64,000 nt of DNA from Thermodesulfobacteriota bacterium (GTDB lineage: Bacteria > Desulfobacterota > BSN033 > UBA1163). This document shows positions 1-9,359 of this stretch, in pieces (positions within the stretch are counted from its first letter, which is position 1; each line of letters opens with the position of its first letter). Location of the stretch: the NCBI GenBank assembly GCA_049514515.1, contig JBEKUZ010000017.1:1006-65005 (forward strand), given 5' to 3'. The position numbers were made by a program, and so were the translations under genes. The notes beneath the pieces were generated by a model. That model ran no database searches. It had not been told where the DNA came from and saw only the letters and a program-made list of their open reading frames with translations.

Positions 1-14
1 AAAACATTCTTAAG

Positions 15-683
15 ATGGGACCGAAGCCTACAGGGCCTTTCAAAACCTTTGAGGATTTCAACAAGATTCATACAATGGTTTTTGTAGAGGAGAGGGAACC
101 TCAGGTAGCCATCACCTATTTTCAGTCTTTGATCGATGCCAACCCCCATCGTTGCGAGGGGTACTATGGTTTAGGTCTGGCCTATCGGAAGATGGGAAGA
201 TTCGATAAATCGATGGAAGTCCTTCAACAGGCGCACTCTTTGGCCCCTAAGGATCTCGATGTATCCAGAGAGCTGGGCATCGTTTATTTCCTTTCAGGAA
301 AGGTGGATCAGGCCATTGAGCATCTCGAGGCCTTACAATCCACTCCCGGACAAGGTCAACACAATGACCCGATGATGATTTATTACCTTGGGAGGGGATA
401 TCAGGAGAAAGGGGACCTTGCCAAAGCTCTCCCACTCCTTCTGAAGATTCAAAAGGAGAAACCTGAATTCCTTGATGTCTACTACTCCCTCGGATCTGTT
501 TACGGAAGAACAGGGCAGAAGGGACTTTCCCATTTCTATTTTGGGAAATATTTCAAATTAAAGCAGGAGAGAAACAACGCCCTCCTTCACTTCAGAACAG
601 CTATTGACTTGCTGGAGAGGGGAAGCCCCGAGAGAGAAGAAGCCCAAAGCGAGATCAAAGAAATCACGTCACCCAAACGATGA
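15..683 (+). CDS. Tetratricopeptide (TPR) repeat protein; possibly 5'-truncated by the window edge
   Basis: Repeated TPR-like helical motifs (GLGLAYRKMGRFDKSMEVLQQA, LGRGYQEKGDLAKAL, LGSVYGRTGQ). The ORF begins 14 nt into the window. Confidence 0.6.
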   Translation: MGPKPTGPFKTFEDFNKIHTMVFVEEREPQVAITYFQSLIDANPHRCEGYYGLGLAYRKMGRFDKSMEVLQQAHSLAPKDLDVSRELGIVYFLSGKVDQAIEHLEALQSTPGQGQHNDPMMIYYLGRGYQEKGDLAKALPLLLKIQKEKPEFLDVYYSLGSVYGRTGQKGLSHFYFGKYFKLKQERNNALLHFRTAIDLLERGSPEREEAQSEIKEITSPKR

Positions 684-931
684 AACATTTATGGGAGGGC
701 AACCCATCTTTTCCATCCATTTTTAAAAAGGCCAACATTATATCCGAGACCCAAGACGACTACCGGTTCAAGAGAGACGAAGGCAGGATGAAGCCCGCCG
801 AGGTTTATTGCAAAGAGATTTTAGAGATCGGGGTTGACTCTTAGTGAAGTGATTGTGATATTCCCCCACGGCCCAATTGGGTGAACGGTTCGGGACCTTG
901 CTTGGCCAAGGTCCATGGGAGAGACGACCGC

Positions 932-3625
932 ATGAAGGAACGGACGAAGAAGTCGAAAGAGGAAATGATGAGGCTCAATCAGGAGCTTTCGATCCTCAAT
1001 GCCATCGGTCAGACCGTCAATCAGTCCGCCGATCTGGACGAAATTCTGAATAAGAGTGTGGATAAGATGATGGAGATGATCGACGTCCACCAGGCCAGCA
1101 TTTATCTTTTTGACGAAAAGAAGGGCGAGTTGACGTTAGTGGTTCATCGCGGATTTTCCAAGAAGTTTTTGGAACTTATGAAGCATAGAAAGTTCGGGGT
1201 AGGAATATCTGGAAAAGTTGCCCTCTCGGGTGAGTCGGTATTCGTGGAGGACTACCCCAATCATCCGGATGCCTTAGCCATTGCGGTTGAGGATGGGTTG
1301 AAGTCCCTGGCCGTTATCCCCGTTAAGTCGAGAGACAAAATCTACGGGGTGTTAAACATCGCGAAAAAAGAATTTTCAGAGATCGCTCCGTTTGATAAAA
1401 ACCTCTTCAACTCGATCGGACAGATCATCAGCGGAGCGATGGAGAGAACTTTTCTTTATACCGAGAACGTTAAACGTCTGGAAGAGCTGAAGACGCTCTA
1501 TTCGATCAGCCAGGAGATTGCGTCGAAACTTGAGTTAAAAGTGATTCTTCAGAAGATCGTGGAGAGCGCTGTGGAGCTCTTGGGTGGTGATTCAGGAGCC
1601 ATTTCCCTCTGGGACAATCGAAAGCAGAATTATTCTATTGCGATTGTGCATGGATTATCCGAATCGTTTATTGGAATGGAAGTTTCTCAACCCGGGGGTG
1701 GTGTGTCAGCGGAGGTGATTGCCAAGAAGTCCCCCGTCGTCTATAAGGATTATGAGCACCATCGTAACCGATTAGAAGCATTAGATTCCTATCATATTCA
1801 AGAAGGTTTGGGCGTGCCTTTAACCGTTAGGGAGATGATTATTGGGGCGATGGTGATTTGTTCTTCTAACCCTGAGGTCCACTTTAAACAAAAAGAGATC
1901 GATCTTCTGTACAACTTTTCCCATCAGGCGGCCGTGGCTATTGGAAATGCCAAACTCTACGAGGATTCTTTGGCAAAGATCAAACAATTGACTACCCTTT
2001 ACGAGATGGGGAAAACCCTTTCCTCTACCCTGGATCTTGACGATTTGCTCAAAAAGGCATTGGAACTTCTCAAAGAGCGTTTAGGCTACACCGCCTGCGG
2101 AATTCTTCTCCTGGATAAAGAAAAGGACGAACTCTATATGAAGCAACTCATCGGCGGAAATCTGGAGGAGATCAAGAAATTCAAATTTAGAGTTGGAATC
2201 GATGGTATTGTGGGTTGGGCGGCCAAAACCGGGGGACTCGTTTATGTCCCCGATGTTTCCAAGGATTCCCGATACATTCCTGTGGGACCTTGCATCAAAT
2301 CGCAGGCAACCTTTCCTCTCAGGGTGAGGGATCAATTGTTCGGAGTTTTAGACATTGAGAGCGATGAACTCAACGGGTTCGATGAAGAAGATTTGAAGAC
2401 GCTCTCTTCCTTTGCGAGCCAGATGAGCATCTCGATTGAAAATGCTCAGCTTTTCTCCAATCTGAAGCAGACGCTACAGGAATTAAAGCAGGCCCAGGAC
2501 CAGATTGTACAGGCTGAGAAATTAAGAGCCATGGGAGAGATGGCCAGTGGCGTGGCTCACGATTTTAATAACGTCTTGGCTGTCGTCCTGGGGAACATTC
2601 AGCTCCTCCTCCATCAGTTGGATCACCTGAGCCCTGAAGAAGTTCGTGAAGGCTTGAAAACCATTGAGCGCTCCTCGAAGGATGGCGCGGAGACGATCCG
2701 TCGTATACAGGAATTTACGGGCGTGAGAAGGGATAGAGAGTTTGTCACCCTTTCTCTCAACGAAATCATGATGGAAGTCGTGAACATTACTCAACCCCGT
2801 TGGAGGGATCAGACACAAAAGAAGGGGATACAGGTTGGATTGACAACTCACCTGGGAGATATCCCTATGGTTATGGGGAATCCTTCTGAACTGAAGGAGG
2901 TGCTGACCAATATCGTTTTCAATGCTGTCGACGCAATGCCTAACGGGGGTAAGCTGACGGTCACCACGCAACCCCAAGCAGAGGATTGGGTGGAAGTGAG
3001 GATTGCGGATACAGGAGTCGGAATGACCGAGGAGGTGAAAAGGAGGGTTTTTGACCCATTTTTCACCACAAAGGGCGTGACGAATTCCGGGTTGGGAATG
3101 AGCGTTTCCTACGGGATCATCAAGCGTCATGGAGGCGAAATCCTGATCGAAAGCGAATTAGGAAAGGGGACGAGTTTTGTCATTCACCTGCCGACAGGAT
3201 ATGGGGAAGAAGAAGCCGTTGCGAAAGAGGTCACCCCGGTCAAGGAGTCGCGACAAGCACGGATCCTGGTGATCGACGACGAAGATTCTGTTCGAGATGT
3301 TCTCTCCCGCATGTTGAAGGCTAAAGGTCATCAAGTGGCAGTTGCCTCCAACGGCGAAGAGGGAATTGAACGGTTCAGATCTGAGCCATTTGATTTGGTT
3401 TTCACGGACCTGGGAATGCCGAAGGTCTCTGGATGGGAAGTGGGAAAGACGATCAAGGCGATCAATCCCAAAGTCCCCATCGCCATGATCACCGGATGGG
3501 GGGTGGAGCTGGATAGAGAAAAGTTGAGCGAAAGCGGGATTGATCTCAGCATCGCTAAACCTTTCAACTTCGATCAAGTGATTAATTTGGTCTTCGAAGC
3601 CATGGAGTTGAAAGAAAGGATGTGA
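932..3625 (+). CDS. Hybrid sensor histidine kinase with multiple GAF domains, HisKA, HATPase_c and a C-terminal receiver
   Basis: GAF-like segments are present. H-box is AHDFNNVLAVVLGNIQLL. ATPase N and G boxes are NAVDAMPNGG and GVGMTEEV..GLGMSV. Receiver motifs are ILVIDDEDSVRD and FTDLGMPKVSG. The ATG at 932 has a GGGAGAG Shine-Dalgarno upstream; an alternative GTG start lies at 881. Confidence 0.85.
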   Translation: MKERTKKSKEEMMRLNQELSILNAIGQTVNQSADLDEILNKSVDKMMEMIDVHQASIYLFDEKKGELTLVVHRGFSKKFLELMKHRKFGVGISGKVALSGESVFVEDYPNHPDALAIAVEDGLKSLAVIPVKSRDKIYGVLNIAKKEFSEIAPFDKNLFNSIGQIISGAMERTFLYTENVKRLEELKTLYSISQEIASKLELKVILQKIVESAVELLGGDSGAISLWDNRKQNYSIAIVHGLSESFIGMEVSQPGGGVSAEVIAKKSPVVYKDYEHHRNRLEALDSYHIQEGLGVPLTVREMIIGAMVICSSNPEVHFKQKEIDLLYNFSHQAAVAIGNAKLYEDSLAKIKQLTTLYEMGKTLSSTLDLDDLLKKALELLKERLGYTACGILLLDKEKDELYMKQLIGGNLEEIKKFKFRVGIDGIVGWAAKTGGLVYVPDVSKDSRYIPVGPCIKSQATFPLRVRDQLFGVLDIESDELNGFDEEDLKTLSSFASQMSISIENAQLFSNLKQTLQELKQAQDQIVQAEKLRAMGEMASGVAHDFNNVLAVVLGNIQLLLHQLDHLSPEEVREGLKTIERSSKDGAETIRRIQEFTGVRRDREFVTLSLNEIMMEVVNITQPRWRDQTQKKGIQVGLTTHLGDIPMVMGNPSELKEVLTNIVFNAVDAMPNGGKLTVTTQPQAEDWVEVRIADTGVGMTEEVKRRVFDPFFTTKGVTNSGLGMSVSYGIIKRHGGEILIESELGKGTSFVIHLPTGYGEEEAVAKEVTPVKESRQARILVIDDEDSVRDVLSRMLKAKGHQVAVASNGEEGIERFRSEPFDLVFTDLGMPKVSGWEVGKTIKAINPKVPIAMITGWGVELDREKLSESGIDLSIAKPFNFDQVINLVFEAMELKERM

Positions 3626-4344
3626 TGGCCTCAGCGATTGATCCCATCGCGTTGGCCGACGAGGCTGGGAAGATTGTTAGTTCTGGAGAGGAAAGGAAAT
3701 ATTACCGATTCCGTCCTGCTCTTTATTACGGGGGGATCGCCACAGCTGACTGCGTGGGATGTTGTTTGAGGTGCCTCTTTTGCTGGTCCTGGCGCATCGT
3801 GGTTCAACCTGAAAAGGCAGGACGATTCTACTCGCCGGAGGAGGTAGCTGAAAATCTCACTTCGATCGCCGGGAGAAAAGGATTTCATCAAGTTCGGATA
3901 AGTGGTAACGAGCCCACCCTTCACCGATCCCACCTCTTAAGTGTTCTCGACCTCATTCCCAAGGAGATTCATTTCATCCTTGAGACCAACGGGATTTTGA
4001 TCGGCCATGATCCTTCTTATGCAAAGGACCTCTCCCGTTTCCCTCATCTCTATGTCCGGGTGAGCCTGAAAGGGGCCTCTCCTGAGGATTTCACCCATTT
4101 AACCAATGCAAGACCTGAAGGATTTAACTATCAATTGGAGGCGCTGGAGCACCTGGTGGGGGAAGGAATAAATTGTTTCCCGGCCGTGATGGCAAGTTTT
4201 TCTTCCCAGGAGGAGATAAAAAGTTTGAGGCGGAAATTAAAGGGGATCCGGCCCGATTTTGAAGACTTTGAGGAAGAGGAATTGATTCTCTACCCCTTCG
4301 TGTTAGACCACCTCCGGAAAGCCGGCCTTTCTTATTCAATCTGA
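3622..4344 (+). CDS. Small radical SAM enzyme of the PFL-activase-like type, overlapping the stop codon of the histidine kinase
   Basis: CxxxCxxC motif in CVGCCLRCLFCWSW, of the C-L-R-C-L-F-C type seen in glycyl-radical activases. The GTG/ATG start at 3622/3625 overlaps the kinase TGA at 3623-3625. Confidence 0.65.
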   Translation: MMASAIDPIALADEAGKIVSSGEERKYYRFRPALYYGGIATADCVGCCLRCLFCWSWRIVVQPEKAGRFYSPEEVAENLTSIAGRKGFHQVRISGNEPTLHRSHLLSVLDLIPKEIHFILETNGILIGHDPSYAKDLSRFPHLYVRVSLKGASPEDFTHLTNARPEGFNYQLEALEHLVGEGINCFPAVMASFSSQEEIKSLRRKLKGIRPDFEDFEEEELILYPFVLDHLRKAGLSYSI

Positions 4345-4359
4345 AATCTAAAATTGTGT

Positions 4360-5280
4360 CTACCACCATCGCCAGAGGGCAATAACAAGGGTGATCAAGA
4401 AGACGAAAATGAGATTCATGTAAGCCATGAAATAGAAAACTTTTTCGTATGGCGGTTTTTCAGGTTTTGTTTCAACTGGCGTCAGCTCGGCTATTTCGGG
4501 CATCGTCCATATTTTCTCTTCCCCATGAGGCGCTGTCTTAAGAAGATCTGTCAAGTCATTGCCTGCCTGATGCTTTTTGAAGTGGGTTCCTCCTTTCCAA
4601 ACCTTACTCAGACATACATCATAGACCTTGCCTTTGTAAGCGAAATAGGCTGGTCTATTCTCTGTACCGTCAAAATGTGGGAGGTCATCGAAGGTCATTC
4701 TGGCCTTGGGTTGAGTGGGGATGGAAGTCCTTTGTTTCCTGATTTTAGGCCCAATCACAAATGTCACGATGAAGGCCGTCGCCACCATGATCGCGAACAG
4801 GAATATCTTCACGCTCAATAAAATTCCAAATCTTGTGGCATAGAAGATTTTCCATGCTGGGATTCGAGAGACCGTTAACAGCGTTCCTGTAATCGAAAGG
4901 ATAACGATCCCAAGCCACCCGAGGATCAGTTCCCCTTTTGGAAGACCTTTTGCTGCATACGCCGGTTTCAGCAATATATGGACATATAGAATAGTTCCAA
5001 ACCAGGCAATGGCCATCAGAAGATGGACGTATCCGACGATCAACCGGACCACTTTTTGAATGGTACTGAGAGGGCGATAAATGCCTTTCGCTTTCAGATC
5101 TTCCCTGAAGGCTTCTCCATTCTTTGTCAGTTTTCCTCCTGTGGCATCCACATGACAGACCTTACACTCAAACCCCGTCTGTTGAGCATATTCAGGATTG
5201 GAGTGCGAAACCGCAGGGACACAAATGATGGATAGGAAAAAGAGGGCCAGAACATGGGTATTCAAAAGAGACTTCATCAA
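4360..5280 (-). CDS. Membrane-anchored c-type cytochrome fused to a C-terminal cytochrome b5-like heme-binding domain
   Basis: Signal peptide, then a single CKVCH heme c motif, then about 4 TM helices. The C-terminal segment FDGTENRPAYFAYKGKVYDVCLSKVWKGGTHFKKHQAGNDLTD matches the cytochrome b5 / MAPR-like fold (VYDVT..HPGG..AGxDxT pattern). Confidence 0.6.
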   Translation of the reverse strand: MMKSLLNTHVLALFFLSIICVPAVSHSNPEYAQQTGFECKVCHVDATGGKLTKNGEAFREDLKAKGIYRPLSTIQKVVRLIVGYVHLLMAIAWFGTILYVHILLKPAYAAKGLPKGELILGWLGIVILSITGTLLTVSRIPAWKIFYATRFGILLSVKIFLFAIMVATAFIVTFVIGPKIRKQRTSIPTQPKARMTFDDLPHFDGTENRPAYFAYKGKVYDVCLSKVWKGGTHFKKHQAGNDLTDLLKTAPHGEEKIWTMPEIAELTPVETKPEKPPYEKVFYFMAYMNLIFVFLITLVIALWRWW

Positions 5281-5387
5281 TCGGTCATTTTAAGCGTAAA
5301 GAGATCTTTGAACAAAAGGGCGAACAAATCTTACGGTAACACTTCATGTTCGAACTCCATTTCGTTGTCTGTTTTTACCGAGGTTAA

Positions 5388-5870
5388 CTATCCCACCAGG
5401 CAGACGGCTATTCCTGCTCCTCGACTGGTGATCTTGTTCGCAATGCTTCCCATGAGAGCGTGTGCCGTAGCCGAGGCACCGCATCGTCCCATAATCAGAG
5501 TCTGATATCCCCCCGCCTTGGCTTCGGCCAGAATGCATTCCGCCGTGTTTTTGACGGACTCGGAAACCGACTTCGTTTCGATCTGCTTCGGGTTGATCCC
5601 TCTCTGCGTGAGGCTCTCAATCGCGGGCTGAAAAACAGACTCGATCTTGGCCTGTTGGTTGGCCAGCCACTTGTCGAGAACTTTTCTTCTGGCCGCCTTT
5701 TCCTCTTCATTCAGGATATGCCCGTCATCCCAGAGCTCCGGAGGAACTCCCGGGGAGACATGATAGAGGGTGATCTGTAAATCACTTATACCCGTGAACT
5801 GTTTGCCCGCATAGTCCACTGCTTTTGAAGCGCCCTCTGAGCCATCAATGGCAATCAATATCTTTCTCAC
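5388..5870 (-). CDS. uspA: Universal stress protein (UspA family)
   Basis: MRKILIAIDGSEGASKAV at the N-terminus and the C-terminal ATP-binding-type motif LIMGRCGAS...GSIANKI. 22 nt downstream of the qNOR stop codon. Confidence 0.8.
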   Translation of the reverse strand: MRKILIAIDGSEGASKAVDYAGKQFTGISDLQITLYHVSPGVPPELWDDGHILNEEEKAARRKVLDKWLANQQAKIESVFQPAIESLTQRGINPKQIETKSVSESVKNTAECILAEAKAGGYQTLIMGRCGASATAHALMGSIANKITSRGAGIAVCLVG

Positions 5871-5892
5871 GTCGATCCCTCCTTTTCGCCCA

Positions 5893-8160
5893 TCATCTTC
5901 TCACGAATCGATAGGTGAGTCCTGCTGAAATGAGTAAAGGGACCACGCCCAACAGAATGAAAACGGCATCCGCCGGCAAACGCATCCACTCGATCAGAGT
6001 GGTGATGCGAGCATTTAGAAACTCAGGACCTCTCGCATGCCAATATCCGTTCTTCAATACATCGAAGAACTGGAGCACGCCCCCAGGAAAGAGATTCAGA
6101 ACCACCATCCCCGCCAGGCCGATATTCAGCCCCCAGAAGGAGAGCCGAATATATTTCTCCACCCGTGCCCACTCTTCATCGGGCAATACCTGCCGAATGG
6201 CGAAAACCATGAAGGCAACAGCGAACATTCCGAACACGCCCATCATCGCAGCATGGCCGTGATTGGGGGTGAGTATCGTGCCCACCTCGAAATAGCTGAC
6301 AATAGGCAGGTTGATGAGAAACCCGAATATCCCAGCCCCGACAAAGTTCCAGAATCCCACCGCCATCATAAAATAGAAGGTCCATTTGTGAGGGATCGAG
6401 ATTTCTTTGCCGCAGATGTCGCATTTTCCCTCGGACAACTTTATAAAGTCCCAGGCATCCAGTGTCAGCAGTGTCAGGGGTACGACCTCCATGGCGGAAA
6501 AGGTGGCGGCAAAGGCCATCGTTACGTTTGACTGTCCCGTCCAATACCAGTGATGCGCCGTGCCGATGATGCCGCCCCCGAGGAAAAGAATCGCATCTAA
6601 GTAAATGACCCGGGTTGCTGTTATTCGGGTGACCATTCCGAGCTTGTAGAAGAGGACAGCCACCATCGTGGTGACAAAGAGTTCAAAGAAGCCTTCCACC
6701 CACAGATGGATAATCCAAAAACGCCAGTTGTCCACCACCGTGAAGTGGCTCGTACTGGTGAAGAACATGGCCGGTAGATAAAACAGAGGAATCGCAAGAG
6801 CCGCCAACAGGAAGAGGGTGGAAATCTCACGTTCTTCCGGTTTTTTTCTTGCGGGACTGCTCGCTCTGAATATCAAGACGAGCCAGATGATCAGGCCGAT
6901 CGCCAGCAAAATCTGCCAGGCACGACCCAGGTCAAGATATTCCCATCCCTGATGTCCAAACCAGAACCAGAGTTTTCCAAGGAGTTGATAGACGCCAAGC
7001 ATCTCGCCCAGCAGACTGCCGAAGACGACGATAACCAGTGCAACAAAGAGAAAATGGATCCATTTTGCCTGGCCTTTTGGTTCTCTGCCTCCCAATGAGG
7101 TGGCGAGAAACAACCCTCCTGCGATATAGCCGGTGGCTATCCAAAAGATGGCTAACTGTAAATGCCAGGTGCGAAAGACATTGCCTGGAAAGAATGAAGA
7201 TAGATCAATGCCATAGAAACTTCCCGGATCGGCGCGGTAGTGAGCCGTTGCGCCTCCGACGAGGACCTGGGCTAAAAATAGCAAGGCAACAACTACAAAA
7301 TACTTTATTGTCGCTTTCTGGCTTTCGGCGACCGCCCCGGGGATCATTTGAGGATGGATATGTTCGCCCCCACCTTTCCAGCCAAGAAAATTGAATCTGC
7401 CGAAGGAGAAAAGAACGATGGCTGTTCCGGCAAGGAGGGTAATAAGGCTCAAAGCACTCCAGAGAACCGCGTCACCGGTTGGTGTATTTCCGATCATGGG
7501 ATCGTAAGGGAAATTATTTGTGTAAGAAAATGATTTCCCAGGACGATTTGATGCGGAGGCCCATGCGGTCCAGGCAAAGAAAGCGGTCAGTTGCTGGAGC
7601 TCTTTTGGATCCTTGATATGGTTGATCAGCAAGCCTCGATTTAACAGGGGTTGTGCAAAGTATTCTGTCCACTTTCTTATTTGGTTTCCGTAAGACATTA
7701 CTTCAGGAAGGGTGAAGGTCAACGTTTTGGTCTGCTGGTCATAGCGATTCTGTTTCAGCAACTGCTGGACTTCTGCAGTGACGGCAGCTCGTTCAGTCAA
7801 TGTGAGGTCCTGCCACTCGAGATGATAAATCTGTTTTGCGAGGAGGGTACTCGTATCCACGGCAAGCGTGTGAAGATACTCGGCGGAAAAATCAGGCCCG
7901 AGATAGGCACCGTGCCCCCAGATGGTCCCATTCTCCATCAGTCCGTATTTCAGGAAGACTTGTTGGCCAGTCACGATATCGTTGTGGGTAAAGATCGTTT
8001 CCCCGGATGGACCCACAACATTTTCGGGAATGGGTGGGGCATCCTCATGCGCCCGGATGGCCATCCAGATCAACACGGAAAACCCTATGACTAAGACGAT
8101 GATAACAGACCTTCTCCACCAGGGGGACAGTTTTTGAGAAGGACCTTTTTTCTCTGCCAT
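5893..8160 (-). CDS. norZ: Nitric oxide reductase large subunit, quinol-dependent type (qNOR / NorZ)
   Basis: 755 aa. One N-terminal TM and a roughly 200-aa hydrophilic domain (GLMENGTIWGHGAYLGPDFSAEYLH), then a 12-TM heme-copper-oxidase core. The non-heme Fe ligands are canonical (HLWVEGFFE and GTAHHWYW). The heme b/b3 ligands are canonical (NHGHAAMMG). The M24 stop and the qNOR start are 22 nt apart. Confidence 0.8.
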   Translation of the reverse strand: MAEKKGPSQKLSPWWRRSVIIVLVIGFSVLIWMAIRAHEDAPPIPENVVGPSGETIFTHNDIVTGQQVFLKYGLMENGTIWGHGAYLGPDFSAEYLHTLAVDTSTLLAKQIYHLEWQDLTLTERAAVTAEVQQLLKQNRYDQQTKTLTFTLPEVMSYGNQIRKWTEYFAQPLLNRGLLINHIKDPKELQQLTAFFAWTAWASASNRPGKSFSYTNNFPYDPMIGNTPTGDAVLWSALSLITLLAGTAIVLFSFGRFNFLGWKGGGEHIHPQMIPGAVAESQKATIKYFVVVALLFLAQVLVGGATAHYRADPGSFYGIDLSSFFPGNVFRTWHLQLAIFWIATGYIAGGLFLATSLGGREPKGQAKWIHFLFVALVIVVFGSLLGEMLGVYQLLGKLWFWFGHQGWEYLDLGRAWQILLAIGLIIWLVLIFRASSPARKKPEEREISTLFLLAALAIPLFYLPAMFFTSTSHFTVVDNWRFWIIHLWVEGFFELFVTTMVAVLFYKLGMVTRITATRVIYLDAILFLGGGIIGTAHHWYWTGQSNVTMAFAATFSAMEVVPLTLLTLDAWDFIKLSEGKCDICGKEISIPHKWTFYFMMAVGFWNFVGAGIFGFLINLPIVSYFEVGTILTPNHGHAAMMGVFGMFAVAFMVFAIRQVLPDEEWARVEKYIRLSFWGLNIGLAGMVVLNLFPGGVLQFFDVLKNGYWHARGPEFLNARITTLIEWMRLPADAVFILLGVVPLLISAGLTYRFVRR

Positions 8161-8181
8161 GGTATTCTCCTTAGCGTGAGT

Positions 8182-9303
8182 CTATTTCTCAAGTTGCCGA
8201 GGATATTCGGTTAGAACCATCGGTCCTTTCAGGCTCACCACCACGGTGTCTTCTACCCGGACGCCCCACGGACCTGTGTACAATCCACAATTACCTACTG
8301 CGATGACTACGTTCCTCTCGAGAGGAAGTGGCTCTTTCTCCCCATGGAAGAAGGCATGGCCCGGAGGCAAAGGAGATTCCTCGAAGTCAATGCCCACCCC
8401 ATGAATGGGAGGTCCAAAGATATGCCCGCCATGCCCTCCTTCTTTGACCACTTGACGAAGCGTCTGCTCCAACTCAACCATTCCAACTCCCGTCTTCACT
8501 TTGGCGATGGTGTTTTGCTGAGCTTTCAGATATAGATCGTAAGCGGTCTGCTGCTCGGCCGTCGGTTGACCTACACACACCGTCCTGCAGATATCCGCAC
8601 TATAACCGTTGACGATAGGATGGATGTCGATCATCACCAGATCGCCGGCCTGCAATTTGCGAAGTGTTGGAAAACCATGGGCAATATTCGTGCGCGGGCC
8701 AGAAGAGACGTAAGTGCGCCAGAACTCCTCTGCGCCAGCCCGTCGCATAGCAAACTCCGCCTTGGCCGCCACCTGGCTCTCCGTCATCCCTGGTTTCAAA
8801 GCTCCCACGGCTGCTTTCATTCCCTTTACAGCCACTTTTGCTGCGGCTTTGATGCGTTTGATCTCCTCTTTATCCTTGACGATACGCAATTCAGAAAGGA
8901 TGTGCGTGCAATCCTTGACTATTATTGCTGCAGGTTTGGCATGGGGATGGGTGAGTATGCCCATCATGGATTGTGTGAGAAAGGTATACTCCAGCCCGAC
9001 ACTCCCTTCTTTCACTCCAAAATGTTCAAAGTTGTGGGCGATGGAGTGGATCATCCCCACTTCATCATCAAAGCCAACGATGTGATCAAAGTGGGCGAGT
9101 TGTTTTACATCCATGACATCGGTTTGCGGAACTCCCAGAGCCACCTTTCCATCCTGAGTGATCATGGCATAGGCGCAGAGTCGCCCGTCACCTGTCAGGT
9201 AGAACATATTCGAAGGTTTGGTGAGCAAAAGGACGTTGAGACCTGCTTCCTTCATCAATTGGCTGCATCGCGTTAGACGTTCCGGATATTGTTGAGCACA
9301 CAT
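8182..9303 (-). CDS. M24 family metallopeptidase (Xaa-Pro aminopeptidase / creatinase fold)
   Basis: Pita-bread-fold metal-ligand context: DLVMIDIHPIVNGYSADICRTV, HGVGIDFEESP, and the N-terminal creatinase-like domain. Confidence 0.75.
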   Translation of the reverse strand: MCAQQYPERLTRCSQLMKEAGLNVLLLTKPSNMFYLTGDGRLCAYAMITQDGKVALGVPQTDVMDVKQLAHFDHIVGFDDEVGMIHSIAHNFEHFGVKEGSVGLEYTFLTQSMMGILTHPHAKPAAIIVKDCTHILSELRIVKDKEEIKRIKAAAKVAVKGMKAAVGALKPGMTESQVAAKAEFAMRRAGAEEFWRTYVSSGPRTNIAHGFPTLRKLQAGDLVMIDIHPIVNGYSADICRTVCVGQPTAEQQTAYDLYLKAQQNTIAKVKTGVGMVELEQTLRQVVKEGGHGGHIFGPPIHGVGIDFEESPLPPGHAFFHGEKEPLPLERNVVIAVGNCGLYTGPWGVRVEDTVVVSLKGPMVLTEYPRQLEK

Positions 9304-9324
9304 TTCTAAGCCTCCATTGATTCC

Positions 9325-9355
9325 CCTCGCCCCCCTTTATAAAGGGCGGGCGAGG
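9325..9355 (-). other. GC-rich stem-loop between the octaheme gene and the M24 peptidase gene (CCTCGCCC...GGGCGAGG)
   Basis: Inverted repeat seen directly in the sequence. No U-run follows on the transcribed strand, so it could be an RNA processing or stability element or a partial attenuator. Confidence 0.4.
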
Positions 9356-9359
9356 ATTA

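Noticed and set aside
3622-4344. Radical SAM gene as the missing partner of the AmmeMemoRadiSam protein B at 47803
   Set aside because: It is 44 kb away, only 240 aa with an activase-type Cys motif, and is translationally tied to the histidine kinase instead.
4354-4821. 155-aa plus-strand ORF overlapping the cytochrome c/b5 gene
   Set aside because: Antisense to a CDS with signal peptide, CxxCH motif and TM helices, and it has no motif of its own.
5893-8160. Whether the qNOR paralog is a nitric oxide dismutase (Nod)
   Set aside because: Nod sequences replace a FeB-ligand His and active-site Glu residues. Here HLWVEGFFE, AHHWYW and NHGHAA are all canonical, so this is an ordinary quinol NO reductase.
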